Positions 61,151 to 64,000 of a DNA stretch of 64,000 nt are shown here, in pieces. Origin of the DNA: Antedon mediterranea (lineage: Eukaryota; Animalia; Echinodermata); contig NC_092676.1 in NCBI RefSeq assembly GCF_964355755.1, positions 17,316,871 to 17,380,870 of the forward strand. The letters run 5' to 3'. The position numbers and the translations under genes are program-made. Position 1 is the first letter of the stretch, and each line of letters starts with the position of its first letter. The notes below the pieces were generated by a model. The model did no database searches and was not told the origin of the DNA. It saw only the letters and a program-made list of their open reading frames with translations.

Positions 61151-63057
61151 AATTATCTGTTTAAAAAAAAAGTGTTGATTTTTTTTTATTGAGGACACAG
61201 GTAGGTAAAACATTGACATATGAAATAGGTTGCGTTGAAATTGCTTGCATATCAAATTGGTAGCATACATATTTTTTTATTGCACCTCTAGACAGTGGTG
61301 TAACAAAAGGGGCCTTGGTTTAGCACTTCCAAAGGGAGCCCCTCCCCCCAACACTGGAAGGTGTTGCATTGAGCTGTTCATTCCCTGGGGCTTTATAAGC
61401 TCTGGGACCCCTAGGATTTGCCAATGAGTGCTCATAGTTGTTATGCTAATGCACTAGATACGCTTTTGACCATATTATTTAGCATTGTCTTAAAAGATGT
61501 TTTATTTTGGTACATGTTTTGGACAGTGGTTCCACAGCCGCTTTGATCAACGCATGGCAAGTGTCCTTTATGGTCTGTTTCTGCTGTATAGTGCCGAATA
61601 AACGGTTTCCTGCTCAATTTTTGCTCCTAAGTAACCATTTAAATAATCGACGTTAACAGTACGCAAAAGACAATGGGCACTTGCAGTCATATAAGGTTAC
61701 TGTAGTTGACTCGAGGTCAGTGGCTGTCAATAAAATTGTTATTTTGCGCTACAGCTAAAAGTTGCACAGCAATATAGTAACAGTTATTTTCAGACGGCCA
61801 TTTAACCGGTTATTGAAAATGTATCCTGTTTCTGCTGCCAAGAAATTGGGGGTAATTTATTCACATGGTTATTAACCAGTTAATTTTTTCCAGCAGACAC
61901 AGGTCCTTACACAGTCGTAGCTTAAAGCATGCGATCTCACATTTTGAGACCTAAAATTAAATTTGAAACTGCTTTTGATATTTATTTTTGACAATCAATC
62001 AATAATCATATTACTGTTAGTGCTCCCGCATTTTAAAAATCCTGGATCTACAGTACCCCTGCCAGAGATACATTTTATTTTTACCAAAATAAAACGCGAC
62101 CAATACATAATCGTAAAACACACTGAATAAAAATGGCCAATATGGCAATGGCAATACAGACATTAGTCTCTGAATATGGAAGACATACGTAGTATTCATC
62201 ATTTAGTTTCTAGGCAAAGTTTCTCAAAGAATGTACGGTGCTACTGCACATTCGCACCAAAATCTCTTGAGCTTCTCCAATTTAAAAACATTCACCCGCT
62301 GATGCCCAGTCTTGGTTGCAAAACTGCAGTAGCGCCACAATACACTTAACCCAAAATGTTCTTAATATGCTGAGTAAATTCTATTAAAATATGAACACGA
62401 TGGTGGGTGTGCCGGCATCACCCTTGTACTCAATAAAGATGGTGAGTAATTATGACGATAATAGTGCTCCATAACTTTATTATTAGGGAATGAAACCAGC
62501 AACTCCAAAAAAAAATAATAATAACATAGGCTAGCCTAAAAAAACATTCTTATACAGTAGGCCTAGGCCCACTATTTGTTTCCATTTTAATATGAAACAG
62601 AATTATGAAAATAAGGCAGCTTCTACAACAAAATGCTATGACGATGCTGCACAACACAGGCGCTGCCAAAAAAGTATAGATGGGGCCCGGGAGAAAGAGA
62701 CATTAGGCCTAGATAGGCCCACTACTATACTACTACTACTAGGCCTAGCACTTCTACTAGCTAGGCTGCAACACAACCATTTTCAACTGCACAGAACAAA
62801 CAATACTTGCCTATTTTACTTGTTGTATCGTATAGTACAGAACTTTGGGCGAACTTTGTTTTACTAAAACTATAATAATGGACCTAATATTCAATTACAA
62901 TATCTACTGTATTTAAAGTTGATTCTGAAGACAACAAAAAGTCTCCCTGTTTTTGTCGCGCACACAAACACGTTAAATAGGTTAGCAGGATGGTCGGTAT
63001 AGCTATGGGGATTCCCCTAAAAATCAATCCTCTCACGTGATTAGCGATGCGAATAAT

Positions 63058-63078
63058 CATGGAGGAATTTCCTCCATG
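63058..63078. mobile_element. 21-bp palindrome with 7-bp TSD
   Basis: GAATAAT [CATGGAGGAATTTCCTCCATG] GAATAAT. Confidence 0.8.
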
Positions 63079-63391
63079 GAATAATTAATCACATCTCCAA
63101 TTATACTGTATGAATACGAAAATTATTATTAATATTACGGATTCGTGGCGCGGAATAGAGCAACAAAAGAAAACCAGTATGGTTTCGCTTATTTATACAA
63201 ACAAAAATTATACAAAATGCTGAGGATTTTTTCTCGTTGATTGAATTTAGAACATGCAGAACGCAGCAAAGGCGTTCCATAAAAATACATATTGTGAGTC
63301 GCTGGCGGCGTCTGCCAACTGGCGGTGGTCGTCATGGCGAAGTTGTAAACAACACAATTTTAAATGAAAAGTAAACCTGTAAAAAACAGAA

Positions 63392-63430
63392 ATGACTGAT
63401 TTTGATAATCTGTGCGACCAACTTAAAAAG
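63392..63430 (+). CDS. Possible first coding exon of a divergent + strand gene (MTDFDNLCDQLKK)
   Basis: ATG followed by 13 codons ending at an AAG|GTAGAT donor, downstream of the GC-rich region. No homology recognised. Confidence 0.3.
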
Positions 63431-63474
63431 GTAGATACAAAATTGTTTTAACGGGTAGTTTATTTTTTGTGATT

Positions 63475-63635
63475 AGCCTAGGCCCTATATACAGCTAGGA
63501 GGCTAGCCTACCTAGTGAGACGCCTAGTAGGCCTAGGCCTAGCTAGGCTAGGCCTACGCCTACTAGCCTAGTAGTCTAGGAGGGCGGCCTAGCCTAGGCC
63601 AGGCCTAGTAGGCCTAGCCTAGTAGTAGCTAGCCT
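63475..63635. repeat. TAGGCCTA/CTAG-rich low-complexity tract (counterpart at ~62525-62770)
   Basis: Dense overlapping TAGGCCTA, CTAG and TAGCCTA words. Confidence 0.85.
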
Positions 63636-64000
63636 GGATCAGGTGCCGTTTTCGGCCACCTCGACTTATATGGACTATACCATTATTATGATAGGGGTGT
63701 GGTGTATTATGTTTTATGTAGAGAAGGGTGTCTATTGAATGGGAAGACAATACAATTGTTCTGTTATGTAACCTACAGTACAAACTACAAGGAACAATAC
63801 AGAACATCAAAAACTAGCAATGCATGTACTTTTTATAAGGCATGTTATTATTAGGTACTGTGTTATTATAGGGAATGCCAAGATTTTGTAACAATTACTA
63901 TATCAACTAAAGATATTTTAAATAAAACAAATTTTATAGACAAATTTAATGAAGAACCATCTACTAACTGGATAAAGCCATTTAGGAAAAATAATAAACA

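Larger units (their letters stand above)
62780..63430. promoter_or_regulatory. Candidate (possibly bidirectional) promoter region
   Basis: Local CpG/GC enrichment, GGGGATTCCCC (63007-63017) and TCACGTGA (63033-63040), bracketed by TAGGCCTA-rich tracts; lies upstream of MFS paralog 2. Confidence 0.45.

Noticed and set aside
61293-61451. Possible hAT-like MITE (CAGTGGTGTAAC...GTTATGCTAATG); similar fragments near 20980-21208 and 51965
   Set aside because: TIRs and the putative 8-bp TSD are too degenerate to support a call.

Overview
AT-rich animal genomic DNA with spliced genes and many transposon relics. It is not prokaryotic; a marine invertebrate is likely, possibly an echinoderm (inference from repeat content and TAGGCCTA enrichment). 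Genes assembled by hand from splice sites: (1) a 7-exon, ~280-aa type I membrane protein with one divergent MAM-like domain (39138-45432, +), almost invisible in the ORF track; (2) two tandem 3-exon MFSD4/NaGLT1-like MFS transporter paralogs (49487-51808 and 58350-61150, both -), the second with a 21-aa tandem repeat in an extracellular loop; (3) a probable 101-aa single-pass membrane protein (27885-28190, +). Mobile DNA: a young 5'-truncated CR1/L2-group LINE inside a self-nested Harbinger-type MITE, decayed RTE and CR1 LINEs, two DINE-1/Helentron-like families, Harbinger- and Kolobok-like MITEs, long hairpin elements and satellites. The most unusual signal is three 21-33-bp CA...TG palindromes and one 409-bp MITE, each flanked by a perfect 7-bp target-site duplication; they look like P/Galileo-superfamily excision footprints or minimal elements. 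No CRISPR, rRNA or tRNA was recognised.
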